This document shows, piece by piece, positions 24,301 to 38,200 of a stretch of 64,000 nucleotides of DNA. The number at the start of each line of letters is the position of its first letter. Position 1 is the first letter of the stretch. Under the pieces are notes generated by a model. The model made no database searches. It saw nothing but the letters and a program-made list of their open reading frames with translations, and had not been told where the DNA came from. Origin of the DNA: Eledone cirrhosa (lineage: Eukaryota); the NCBI GenBank assembly GCA_964016885.1, contig OZ024741.1, positions 341,930,001-341,994,000 on the forward strand, read 5' to 3'. Made by a program: the position numbers and the translations under genes.

Positions 24301-27070
24301 ATAATACTAAAGACACCAATACTGACACTGTCTACCTATCTTTCTTATAATACTAAAGACACCAATACTGACACTGTCTACCTATCTTTCTTATAATACT
24401 AAAGACACCAATACTGACACTGTCTACCTATCTTTCTTATAATACTAAAGACACCAATACTGACACTGTCTACCTATCACTCCTATAATACTAAAGACAC
24501 CAATACTGACACTGTCTACCTATCTTTCTTATAATACTAAAGACACCAATACTGACACTGTCTACCTATCACTCCTATAATACTAAAGACACCAATACTG
24601 ACACTGTCTACCTATCTTTCTTATAATACTAAAGACACCAATACTGACACTGTCTACCTATCTTTCTTATAATACTAAAGACACCAATACTGACACTGTC
24701 TACCTATCTTTCTTATAATACTAAAGACACCAATACTGACACTGTCTACCTATCTCTCCTATAATACTAAAGACCCCAATACTGACACTGTCTACCTATT
24801 TCTCCTGTAATACTAAAGACACCAACACTGACACTGTCTACCTGTCACTCCTATAATACTAAAGACACCAAAACTTACACTGTCTACCTATCACTCCTAT
24901 AATACTAAAGACACCAACACTGACACTGTCTACCTGTCACTCCTATAATACTAAAGACACCAAAACTTACACTGTCTACCTATCACTCCTAAATACTAAA
25001 GACACCAATACTTACACTGTCTACCTATCACTCCTATAATACTAAAGACACCAAAACTTACACTGTCTACCTATCACTCCTAAATACTAAAGACACCAAT
25101 ACTTACACTGTCTACCTATCACTCCTATAATACTAAAGACACCAAAACTTACACTGTCTACCTATCACTCCTAAATACTAAAGACACCAATACTTACACT
25201 GTCTACCTATCACTCCTATAATACTAAAGACACCAATACTGACACTGTCTACCTATCACTCCTATAATACTAAAGACACCAATACTGACACTGTCTACCT
25301 ATCACTCCTAAATACTAAAGACACCAATACTTACACTGTCTACCTATCACTCCTATAATACTAAAGACACCAAAACTTACACTGTCTACCTATCACTCCT
25401 AAATACTAAAGACACCAATACTTACACTGTCTACCTATCACTCCTATAATACTAAAGACACCAAAACTTACACTGTCTACCTATCACTCCTAAATACTAA
25501 AGACACCAATACTTACACTGTCTACCTATCACTCCTATAATACTAAAGACACCAATACTGACACTGTCTACCTATCACTCCTATAATACTAAAGACACCA
25601 ATACTGACATTGTCTACCTATCTCTCCTATAATACTAAAGACACTAATACTGACACTGTCTACCTATCACTCCTATAATACTAAAGACACCAATACTGAC
25701 ACTGTCTACCTATCTCTCCTATAATACTAAAGACACCAATACTGACACTGTCTACCTATCTTTCTTATAATACTAAAGACACCAATACTGACACTGTCTA
25801 CCTATCTTTCTTATAATAATAAAGACACCAATACTGACACTGTCTACCTATCACTCCTATAATACTAAAGACACTAATACTGACACTGTCTACCTATCAC
25901 TCCTATAATACTAAAGACACCAATACTGACACTGTCTACCTATCACTCCTATAATACTAAAGACACCAATACTGACACTGTCTACCTATCTCTCCTATAA
26001 TACTAAAGACACCAATACTGACACTGTCTACCTATCTTTCTTATAATACTAAAGACACCAATACTGACACTGTCTACCTATCTTTCTTATAATACTAAAG
26101 ACACCAATACTGACACTGTCTACCTATCTTTCTTATAATACTAAAGACACCAATACTGACACTGTCTACCTATCTTTCTTATAATACTAAAGACACCAAT
26201 ACTGACACTGTCTACCTATCACTCCTATAATACTAAAGACACCAATACTGACACTGTCTACCTATCTTTCTTATAATACTAAAGACACCAATACTGACAC
26301 TGTCTACCTATCTCTCCTATAATACTAAAGACCCCAATACTGACACTGTCTACCTATCTTTCTTATAATACTAAAGACACCAATACTGACACTGTCTACC
26401 TATCTCTCCTATAATACTAAAGACACCAATACTGACACTGTCTACCTATCACTCCTATAATACTAAAGACACCAATACTGACACTGTCTACCTATCACTC
26501 CTATAATACTAAAGACACCAATACTGACACTGTCTACCTATCTCTCCTATAATACTAAAGACACCAATACTGACACTGTCTACCTATCTCTCCTATAATA
26601 CTAAAGACACCAATACTGACACTGTCTACCTATCTCTCCTATAATACTAAAGACACCAATACTGACACTGTCTACCTATCTCTGCTATAATACTAAAGAC
26701 ACCAACACCAGTCTGTCTACCTATCACTCCTATAATACTAAAGACACCAACACTGACACTATCTATCCATTTCTCCTATAATATTAAAGTCACTAATACA
26801 AGCCTGTCTCTGTCTCTCACTTTCTCCTATAATACTAAAGAGACTTACACCATCATCAGCACAGATTTATCTACCAATCTTTTCTATAATACTAAACAAA
26901 TACACTAATATCAATACAGATTTGTCTAGCTATCTCTTCTATAATACTAAAGTCACTAACAGAAATCTGTCTATCTCCATCTCCTGTGCTACTAAATACA
27001 CCAACACCAACATTAACACCAATACAGATCTATCTACCTCTATCTCCTATAATATTAAAGCAACTGACAC
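6361..27070. repeat. satellite A: 46-bp tandem array, ~20.7 kb, ~450 copies
   Basis: Consensus taatactaaagacaccaatactgacactgtctacctatc(a/t)ctccta with period 46 (e.g. aatactgaca at 7081 and 7127). The interior is homogeneous, with degenerate monomers at ~6361-6560 and ~26700-27070. Only 3 G per unit on the + strand. Confidence 0.99.
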
Positions 27071-27524
27071 CTATATACAATCGGTAAATATAATACTGCA
27101 ATGGCACCATACTTTAGTGATTTCTATGTTTATTTTCAATAGCTACTTGGAAGGTCTGCAGTAAACGGAACTATTTTCAGATGTTGCTTTTGGTTTGGAA
27201 TGAAGCCAAAGTTATAATACTTGATAGGTGTTTGTGGATGAGATGTCAACCTCACTACCTGACCACAACATTTCGACATTTCCAGTTAGCTTAATTATAA
27301 TCTTGCTTTATATTCTGCTCTGTTGTCTGTTGGTTTTATATGGAGTTATCTATATCATCATTTTTATTTGACATCTGTTTTCTCTGCTAGCAAAGGGTGG
27401 CCAAGTCATTACTGACAAGTTTAGTATTTAAAGTTACTGACCTCTCAGATGAGCCAAGACTCTGCACCTTGCATACATATGTTCCCGTGCTCTAAATGAT
27501 AAATCGCATCTGACCATTGGTTTA

Positions 27525-27870
27525 CCAGGGTTTTTTTTATGACTGAATGTCCTTCCTATCACCAACCTCTCTACTGAGTCTACTGAGTGTATTTATCATG
27601 TAGATCAACACTAAGTACATTGTCATGCATTTGACAAGCTGAAGAGTTCTCCTGAACTTTTTTGCACAATTTCTACAACCACTTTACAGGGTGTACTTGG
27701 CGCATTTTCATAGCACCGGCACTAGAAGAGTCGCCATGTCATCATTGGAGGGTTCTCTCAACCTTTTTTGGCATGGTTTCTATGATTGGAATCCCTTCAT
27801 AACACCAACCACTTTACAGAATGTACTGGGTGTGTTTTAACATGGCACTAGCACTAGGGAGGTTGTCAGT
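27525..27870 (-). mobile_element. three decayed tandem fragments of the same SINE-like family (single-unit versions)
   Basis: The fragments are atgtccttcctatcaccaacc (~27547-27567), ccactttacagggtgtacttggcgcattttcatagcaccggcacta (27679-27724) and ggtttctatgattggaatcccttcataacaccaaccactttacagaatgtactgggtgtg (~27775-27834). They are reverse complements of the cccagtacacactgtaaagtggttggcattaggaagggcatcc block. Confidence 0.7.
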
Positions 27871-28169
27871 CATTGACTCAACTGAAAGGATTTCTCTACA
27901 CTATGGGTGGCCGGTAGGGGTATAGAATGGGGAAATTAAGAGGGATGACATGTTCAATATCAGGGTTTTAAGTGGTGATGTGGGGGGGAGAAGGTGTGAA
28001 GTAGGTATATTATGTTTAAAACAGGTGTGGTGTAGTTTGATAGGGTGATGAGGGGTTGGGTAGAGATGGAGTGATTCTGGATAGAGTCAATGGGGGAATG
28101 TATAGTAACACAATGACAAGTCCTCTTTTTGGCAAGTTTTCTATAGCCCTTTGAATCACAAAGACAGCA

Positions 28170-28286
28170 CATTTTTTTCCAGCTGTGTTAACTGGAGCAA
28201 TGTGATATAAAATGCTGCCTGGAATGAAACACACAACTTTATGATCATCAGCTGAACACCCTAACTGCTAAGCTATGTACTTTCAT
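28170..28286 (-). mobile_element. decayed tRNA-derived SINE 5' part with internal deletion
   Basis: Minus strand reads atgaaagtacaTAGCTTAGCAGttagg (A-box-like), gtgtttcattcc (B-box-like) and tcacattgctccagttaacacagctgg. Paralogous to 1918-2060. Confidence 0.6.
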
Positions 28287-28308
28287 TGGTAAGATGTAAT
28301 ACAAACTT

Positions 28309-28562
28309 TCAACCCCTTCATTACCATATTACTAATGAAAGATACTTTCTATATGTTTCAATTCGTTTTGAAAATAATCAAGTACTTGAAAGGATTTAGT
28401 AATACAACTGAATTTCTCATTATTTATCTGATGTCTGGAACAAAGGTTCTTACATAAAATTATGATGGAAGATGTTTAGTTAAATATAAATACTTTGAAA
28501 GAAACAGCTTTGTGTTATAGAAGCAACAGCAGTTTTAGGGGGTTTAGTATTGAAAGGGTCAA
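28309..28562. mobile_element. ~254-bp MITE with degenerate TTAA-CCCTT ends
   Basis: Left end tcaaccccttcattacc and right end agtattgaaagggtcaa. The AT-rich interior is homologous, in inverted orientation, to 3486-3664. Confidence 0.65.
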
Positions 28563-28779
28563 AGAATTCATCCTAAGCATAGCAATAACAATGAAATAGT
28601 TAACTCCCTTGATGTAACACTATCAGCAGAGAAAAAATGGTTGTTCAATACATATCTTATGTAAATAGACAAATCTAAAATATTCAACAAACATTCTAAA
28701 GTTGTTTAGCTGTGAATGTAAAGAAATGTATACATAAGATGTCTGCTGACAAGAAAATCAACTATTGTGAAATTATAGA

Positions 28780-29100
28780 GTAGATTAGGTAGACAAATGG
28801 AGGAGATTAGACAGGCAGCCATGCAGGCAAGCAGGCATGCAGATTAAATTGGCTGACAGATGAAATAGACATGCATGTAAACAGGTTAGAGAGACAGACA
28901 GACAGATTAAACAGATGAGCAGACAGACAGATTAGACAGCTGAGCAGACAGAGTGGTAGATAAGCAGACACAGACAGACGGGCAGGCAGGCAGACAAACA
29001 GACAGAGTAGACAGATAAACAGATTAGATAGGTAGACAGATTAGACAAACAGACAGATTAGACAGGCAGACAGATTGGACAGGCAGGCAGAAAGATAGAT
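28780..29100. repeat. degenerate (GACA)/(GGCA)/(GATA) tetranucleotide tract
   Basis: agacagacagacagattaaacagatgagcagacagacag...ggcaggcaggcagac...agataggtagacag. Confidence 0.9.
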
Positions 29101-29280
29101 ATATCGTCATTAGCATTGTTTAACACACTTTCAGGTACTGAAGCTAGACTGGTCATGGTCAGGTGATTATATCTAAATCATATATTCTAATTTTGGTTTG
29201 GTTGCTATGACTTGATGCCCTTCCTAATGTCAACCTCTTAACAGCATCTACTGGAAGTATAGTGGTCATGACACCAACAC
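29101..29280 (-). mobile_element. 3' portion of the (GAT)n-tailed SINE-like element that hosts satellite B
   Basis: The reverse complement of 29214-29235, ggttgacattaggaagggcatc, is 21/22 identical to 410-431. The reverse complement of 29103-29124, gttaaacaatgctaatgacgat, matches the gttaaacaatgatgatgat tail at 531-549. Confidence 0.8.
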
Positions 29281-32200
29281 TATCACCTTGCAGGGTAGAC
29301 TGGGAACATAAGGGTCATATCACCAACACTATCACCTTATAGGATACACTGGGAACATAAGGGCCATATCACCAACACTGTCACCTTGCATGGTAGACTG
29401 GGAACATAAGGGTCATATCACCAACACTATCACCTTACAGGGTAGACTGGGAACATTGTGGTCATATCACCAACACTTTCACCTTACAGGGTAGACTGGG
29501 AGCATAAGGGTCATATCACCAACACTATCACCTTACAGGGTAGACTGGGGACATTGTGGTCATATCAACAACACTATCACCTTACAGGGTAGACTGGGAA
29601 CATTGTGGTCATATCACCAACACTATCACCTTACAGGCTAGACTGGGAACATAAGGGTCATATCACCAACGCTATCACCTTACAGGATAGACTGGGAACA
29701 TTGTGTTCATATCACCAACACTATCACCTTACAGGGTAGACTGGGAACATTGTGGTCATATCACCAACACTATCACCTTACAGGATAGACTGGGAACATT
29801 GTGGTCATATCACCAACACTATCACCTTACAGGATAGACTGGGAACATTGTGTTCATATCACCAACACTATCACCTTACAGGGTGGACTGGGAACATTGT
29901 GGTCATATCACCAACACTATCACCTTACAGGGTAGACTGGGAACATTGTGGTCATTTCACCAACACTATCACCTTACAGGGTAGACTGGTAACACAAGGG
30001 TCATATCATCAACACTATCACCTTACAGGGTAGACTGGGGACATTGTGTTCATATCACCAACACTATCACCTTACAGGATAGACTGGGAACATTGTGGTC
30101 ATATCACCAACACTATCACCTTACAGGATAGACTGGGAACATTGTGTTCATATCACCAACACTATCACCTTACAGGGTAGACTGGGAACATTGTGGTCAT
30201 ATCACCAACACTATCACCTTACAGGGTAGACTGGGAACATTGTGGTCATTTCACCAACACTATCACCTTACAGGGTAGACTGGGAACATAAGGGTCATAT
30301 CACCAACACTATCACCTTACAGGGTAGACTGGGAACATTGTGGTCATATCACCAACACTATCACCTTACATGCTAGACTGGGAACATTGTGGTCATATCA
30401 CCAACACTATCACCTTACATGATAGACTGGGAACATTGTGGTCATTTCACCAAAACTATCACCTTACAGGATAGACTGGGAACATAAGGGTCATATCACC
30501 AACACTATCACATTACATGGTAGACTGGGAACATTGTGGTCATATCACCAACACTATCACCTTACATGATAGACTGGGAACATTGTGGTCATTTCACCAA
30601 CACTATCACCTTACAGGGTAGACTGGGAACATAAGGGTCATATCACCAACACTATCACCTTACAGGATAGACTGGGAACGTTGTGGTCATATCACCAACA
30701 CTATCACCTTACAGGGTAGACTGGGAACATTGTGGTCATATCAACAACACTATCACCTTACAGGATAGACTGGGAACATTGTGGTCATTTCACCAACACT
30801 ATCACCTTACAGGGTAGACTGAGAACATAAGGGTCATATCACCAACACTATCACATTACATGGTAGACTGGGAACATTGTGGTCATATCACCAACACTAT
30901 CACCTTACAGGATAGACTCGGAACATAAGGGTCATATCACCAACACTATCACATTACATGGTAGACTGGAAACATTGTGGTCATATCACCAACACTATCA
31001 CCTTACAGAGTAGACTGGGAACATTGTGGTCATATCACCAACACTATCACCTTACAGGGTAGACTGGGAACATAAGGGTCATATCATCAACACTATCACC
31101 TTACAGGGTAGACTGGGAACATTGTGTTCATATCACCAAGACTATCACTTCACAGGGTAGACTGGGAACATTGTCTTCATATCACCAACACTATCACCTT
31201 ACAGGGTAGACTGGGAACATTGTGGTCATATCACCAACACTATCACCTTACAGGGTAGACTGGGAACATTGTGGTCATATCACCAACACTATCACTTTAC
31301 AGGTTAGACAGGGAACATTGTGGTCATATCACCAACACTATCACCTTACAGGATAGACTGGGAACATTGTGGTCATATCACCAACACTATCACATTACAG
31401 GGTAGACTGGGAACATAAGGGTCATATCACCAACACTATGACCTTACATATTGGACTGGGAACATTGTGGTCATATCACCAAAACTATCACCTTGCAAGG
31501 TACACTGGGAACATAAGAGTCATATCACCAACACTATCACCTTACAGGGTAGACTGGGAACATAAGGGTCATATCACCAACACTATCACCTTGCAGGGTA
31601 GACTAGGAACGTAAGGGTCATATAACCAACATTATCACCTTACAGGGTAGACTGGGAACATTGTGGTCATATCACCAACACTATCACCTTACAGGGTAGA
31701 CTGGGAACATAAGGGTCATATCACCAACACTATCACCTTACAGGGTAGACTGGGAACATTGTGATCATATCACCAACACTATCACCTTACAAGGTAGACC
31801 GGGAAGATGAGGGTCATATCACCAATGCTATCACCTCACAGGATAGACTGGGAACATAAGGGTCATATCACAAACACTATCACCTTACAGGGTAGACTGG
31901 GAACATAAGGGTTATATTAGCAACACTACCACCTTCCAAGTTAGATTGGGAATATAAGGGTCATAGCACCAATGCTATCACCTTACAGGATAGACTGAGA
32001 ACATAAGGATCATAGCACCAACACTATCACCTTACAGGGTAGACTGGGAATATAAGGGTCATATCACCAACACTATCACCTTACAGGGTAGACTGGGAAG
32101 ATTGTGGTCATATCACCAACACTATCACCTTGCAGAATAAACTGGGAACATTGTGGTCATATCACCAACACTATGACCTTACAGGGTAGACTGGGAAAAT

Positions 32201-35200
32201 AAGGGTCATATCACCAACACTATCACTTTACAGGGTAGACTGAGAACATAAGGGTCATATTACTAACACTATCACCTTACAGGGTAAACTGGGAACATTG
32301 TGGTCATATCACCAACACTATCAGCTTACAGGGTAGACTGGGAATATAAGGGTCATATCACCAACACTATCACCTTACAGGTTAGACTGGGTACATTGTG
32401 GCCATATCACCAACACTATCACATTACAGGGTAGACTGGGAACATTGTGGTCACATCAACAACACTATCACCTTACAGGATAGACTGGGAACATTGTGGT
32501 CATTTCACCAACACTATCACCTTACAGGGTAGACTGAGAACATAAGGGTCATATCACCAACACTATCACATTACATGGTAGACTGGGAACATTGTGGTCA
32601 TATCACCAACACTATCACCTTACAGGATAGACTGGGAACATAAGGGTCATATCACCAACACTATCACATTACATGGTAGACTGGAAACATTGTGGTCATA
32701 TCACCAACACTATCACCTTACAGAGTAGACTGGGAACATTGTGGTCATATCACCAACACTATCACCTTACAGGGTAGACTGGGAACATAAGGGTCATATC
32801 ATCAACACTATCACCTTACAGGGTAGACTGGGAACATTGTGTTCATATCACCAAGACTATCACTTCACAGGGTAGACTGGGAACATTGTGGTCATATCAC
32901 CAACACTATCACCTTGCAGAATAGACTGGGAACATAAGGGTCATATCACCAACACTATCACCTTACAGGGTAGACTGGGAACATTGTGGTCATATCACCA
33001 ACACTATCACTTTACAGGTTAGACAGGGAACATTGTGGTCATATCACCAACACTATCACCTTACAGGATAGACTGGGAACATAAGGGTCATATCACCAAC
33101 ACTATCACATTACAGGGTAGACTGGGAACATAAGGGTCATATCACCAACACTATGACCTTACATGTTGGACTGGGAACATTGTGGTCATATCACCAAAAC
33201 TATCACCTTACAAGGTACACTGGGAACATAAGAGTCATATCACCAACACTATCACCTTACAGGGTAGACTGGGAACATAAGGGTCATATCACCAACACTA
33301 TCACCTTGCAGGGTAGACTAGGAACGTAAGGGTCATATAACCAACATTATCACCTTACAGGGTAGACTGGGAACATTGTGGTCATATCACCAACACTATC
33401 ACCTTACAGGGTAGACTGGGAACATAAGGGTCATATCACCAACACTATCACCTTACAGGGTAGACTGGGAACATTGTGATCATATCACCAACACTATCAC
33501 CTTACAAGGTAGACCGGGAAGATGAGGGTCATATCACCAATGCTATCACCTCACAGGATAGACTGGGAACATAAGGGTTATATTAGCAACACTACCACCT
33601 TCCAAGTTAGATTGGGAATATAAGGGTCATATCACCAATGCTATCACCTTACAAGTTAGACTGTGTACATTGTGGTCATATCACCAACACTATCACATTA
33701 CAGGGTACACTGGGAACATAAAGGTCATATCACCAACACTATCACCTTAGAGGATACACTGGGAACATTGTGTTCACATCACCAACACTATCACCTTACA
33801 GGATAGACTGGGAACATTGTGGGCATATCACGAACACTATCACCTTACAGGGTAGACTGGGAACATTGTGGTCATATCACCAACACTATCAGCTTACAGG
33901 GTAGACTGGGAACATTGTGTTCATATCACCAACACTATCACCTTACATGGTAGACTGGGAACATTGTGGTCATATCAACAACACTATCACCTTACGGGGT
34001 AGACTGGGAACATTGTGGTCATATCAACAACACTATCACCTCACGGGGTAGACTGGGAACATTGTGGTCATATCAACAACACTATCACCTTACAGGATAG
34101 ACTAGGAACATTGTGGTCGTATAACCAACACTATCACGTTACAGGGTAGACTGGGAACATAAGGGTCATATCACCAACACTATCACCTGACGTGGTAGAC
34201 TGGGATCATAAGGGGCATATCACCAACACTATCACCTTACAGGGTAGACTGGGAACATAAGGGTCATATCACCAACACTATCACCTTACAGGATAGACTG
34301 GGAACATAAGGGTCATATCACCAACACTATCACCTTACAGGATAGACTGGGAACATAAGGGTCAGGTCATATCACCAACACTATCACCTTATAGAATAGA
34401 CTGGGAACATAAGTGTCATATCACCAATGCTATCACCTTACAAGTTAGACTGTGTACATTGTGGTCATATCACCAACACTATCACATTACAGGGTACACT
34501 GGGAACATAAGGGTCATATCACCAACACTATCACCTTACAGGGTAGACTGGGAACATTGTGATCATATCACCAACACTATCACTTTACAGGTTAGACTGG
34601 GAACATTGTGGTCATATCACCAACACTATCACCTTACAGGGTAGACTGGGAACATTGTGGTCATATCACCAACACTATCACCTTACAGGGTAGACTGGGA
34701 ACATTGTGGTCATATCACCAACACTATCACTTTACAGGTTAGACAGGGAACATTGTGGTCATATCACCAACACTATCACCTTACAGGATAGACTGGGAAC
34801 ATAAGGGTCATATCACCAACACTATCACCTTGCAGGGTAGACTAGGAACGTAAGGGTCATATAACCAACATTATCACCTTACAGGGTAGACTGGGAACAT
34901 TGTGGTCATATCACCAACACTATCACCTTACAGGGTAGACTGGGAACATAAGGGTCATATCACCAACACTATCACCTTACAGGGTAGACTGGGAACATTG
35001 TGATCATATCACCAACACTATCACCTTACAAGGTAGACCGGGAAGATGAGGGTCATATCACCAATGCTATCACCTCACAGGATAGACTGGGAACATAAGG
35101 GTCATATCACAAACACTATCACCTTACAGGGTAGACTGGGAACATAAGGGTTATATTAGCAACACTACCACCTTCCAAGTTAGATTGGGAATATAAGGGT

Positions 35201-38200
35201 CATATCACCAATGCTATCACCTTACAAGTTAGACTGTGTACATTGTGGTCATATCACCAACACTATCACATTACAGGGTACACTGGGAACATAAAGGTCA
35301 TATCACCAACACTATCACCTTAGAGGATACACTGGGAACATTGTGTTCACATCACCAACACTATCACCTTACAGGATAGACTGGGAACATTGTGGGCATA
35401 TCACGAACACTATCACCTTACAGGGTAGACTGGGAACATTGTGGTCATATCACCAACACTATCAGCTTACAGGGTAGACTGGGAACATTGTGTTCATATC
35501 ACCAACACTATCACCTTACATGGTAGACTGGGAACATTGTGGTCATATCAACAACACTATCACCTTACGGGGTAGACTGGGAACATTGTGGTCATATCAA
35601 CAACACTATCACCTCACGGGGTAGACTGGGAACATTGTGGTCATATCAACAACACTATCACCTTACAGGATAGACTAGGAACATTGTGGTCGTATAACCA
35701 ACACTATCACGTTACAGGGTAGACTGGGAACATAAGGGTCATATCACCAACACTATCACCTGACGTGGTAGACTGGGATCATAAGGGGCATATCACCAAC
35801 ACTATCACCTTACAGGGTAGACTGGGAACATAAGGGTCATATCACCAACACTATCACCTTACAGGATAGACTGGGAACATAAGGGTCATATCACCAACAC
35901 TATCACCTTACAGGATAGACTGGGAACATAAGGGTCAGGTCATATCACCAACACTATCACCTTATAGAATAGACTGGGAACATAAGTGTCATATCACCAA
36001 TGCTATCACCTTACAAGTTAGACTGTGTACATTGTGGTCATATCACCAACACTATCACATTACAGGGTACACTGGGAACATAAGGGTCATATCACCAAAA
36101 CTATTACCTTACAGGATACACTGGGAACATTGTGTTCACATCACCAACACTATCACCTTACAGGATAGACTGGGAACATTGTGGCAATATCACGAACACT
36201 ATCACCTTACATGGTAGACTGGGAACATTGTGGTCATATCACCAACACTATCAGCTTACAGGGTAGACTGGGAACATTGTGTTCATATCACCCACACTAT
36301 CGCCTTACATGGTAGACTGGGAACATTGTGGTCATATCAACAACACTATCACCTTACGGGGTAGACTGGGAACATTGTGGTCATATCAACAACACTATCA
36401 CCTTACATGGTAGACTGGGAACATTGTGGTCATATCAACAACACTATCACCTTACAGGATAGACTAGGAACATTGTGGTCGTATAACCAACACTATCACC
36501 TTACAGAGTAGACTGGGAACATAAGGGTAATATCACCAACACTATCACCTTACGTGGTAGACTGGGATCATAAAGGGGCATATCACCAACACTATCACCT
36601 TACAGGGTAGACTGGGAACATTGTGTTCATATCACCAACACTATCACCTTACAGGGTAGACTGGGAACATTGTGGTCGTATAACCAACACTATCACCTTA
36701 CAGGGTAGACTGGGAACATAAGGGTCATATCACCAACACTATCACCTTACATGGTAGACTGGGATCATAAGGGGCATATCACCAACACTTTCACCTTACA
36801 GGGCAGACTGGGATCATAAGGGGCATATCACCAATGCTATCAACTTACAGGATAGACTGGGAACATTGTGCTCATATCACCAACACTATCACCTTACATG
36901 GTAGACTGGGAACATTGTGGCATATCACCAACGCTATCACCTTACAGAGTAGACTGGGAAAATTGTGTTCATATCACCAACACTATCACCTTACAGGGTA
37001 GACTGGGAACATTGTGGTCGTATCACCAACACTATCACCTTACATGGTAGACTGGGAACATTGTGGCATATCACCAACAATATCACCTTACAGGGTAGAC
37101 TGGGAACATTGTGGCCATATCACCAACACTATCACCTTACATGGTAGACTGCGAACATTGTGGCCATATCACCAACACTATCACCTTACAGGGTAGACTG
37201 GGAACATTGTGGTCATATCACCAACAATATCACCTTATAGGGTAGACTGGGAACATAAGGGTCATATCACTAACACTATCACCTTACAGAGTAGACTGGG
37301 AACATTGTGGTCATATCACCTACACTATCACCTTACAGGGTAGACTGGGATCATTGTGGTCATATCACCAACACTATCACCTTACAGAGTAGACTGGGAA
37401 CATTGTGGTCATATCACCAACACTATCACCTTACAGTGTAGACTGGGAACATTGTGGTCATGTCACCAACACTATCACCTTACAGAGTAGACTGGGAACA
37501 TTGTGGTCATATCACCAACACTATCACCTTGCAGAATAGACTGGGAACATTGTGGTCATATCACCAACACTATCACCTTACAGGTTAGACTGGGAACATA
37601 AGGGTCATATCACCAACACTATCACCTTACAGGATAGACTGGGAACATTGTGGTCATATCACCAACACTATCACCTTGCAGAATAGACTGGGAACATTGT
37701 GGTCATATCACCAACACTATCACCTTACAGGGTAGACTGGGAACATAAGGGTCATATCACCAAGACTATCACCTTACATGGTAGACTGGGAATATTGTGG
37801 TCATATCACCAACACTATCACCTTGCAGAATAGACTGGGAACATTGTGGTCATATCACCAAAACTATCACCTTACAGGGTAGACTGGGAACATAAGGGTC
37901 ATATCACCAACACTATCACTTACAGGGTAGACTGGGAACATAAGGGTCATATCACCAACACTATCACCTTACAGGATAGACTGGGAACATTCTGGTCATA
38001 TCACCAACACTATCACCTTACAGGGTAGACTGGGAACATTGTGATCATATCACCAACACTATCACCTTACAAGGTAGACCGGGAAGATGAGGGTCATATC
38101 ACCAATGCTATCACCTCACAGGATAGACTGGGAACATAAGGCTTATATTAGCAACACTACCACCTTCCAAGTTAGATTGGGAATATAAGGGTCATATCAC

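Noticed and set aside
26922-27164. 80-aa ORF at the right edge of satellite A
   Set aside because: It has a non-ATG start, is mostly decayed satellite monomers, and shows no recognisable domain.
27905-28095. G-rich stretch as a G-quadruplex or telomeric remnant
   Set aside because: The G-runs are separated by long (8-9 nt or more) irregular loops and there is no TTAGGG array, so the signal is too weak to call.
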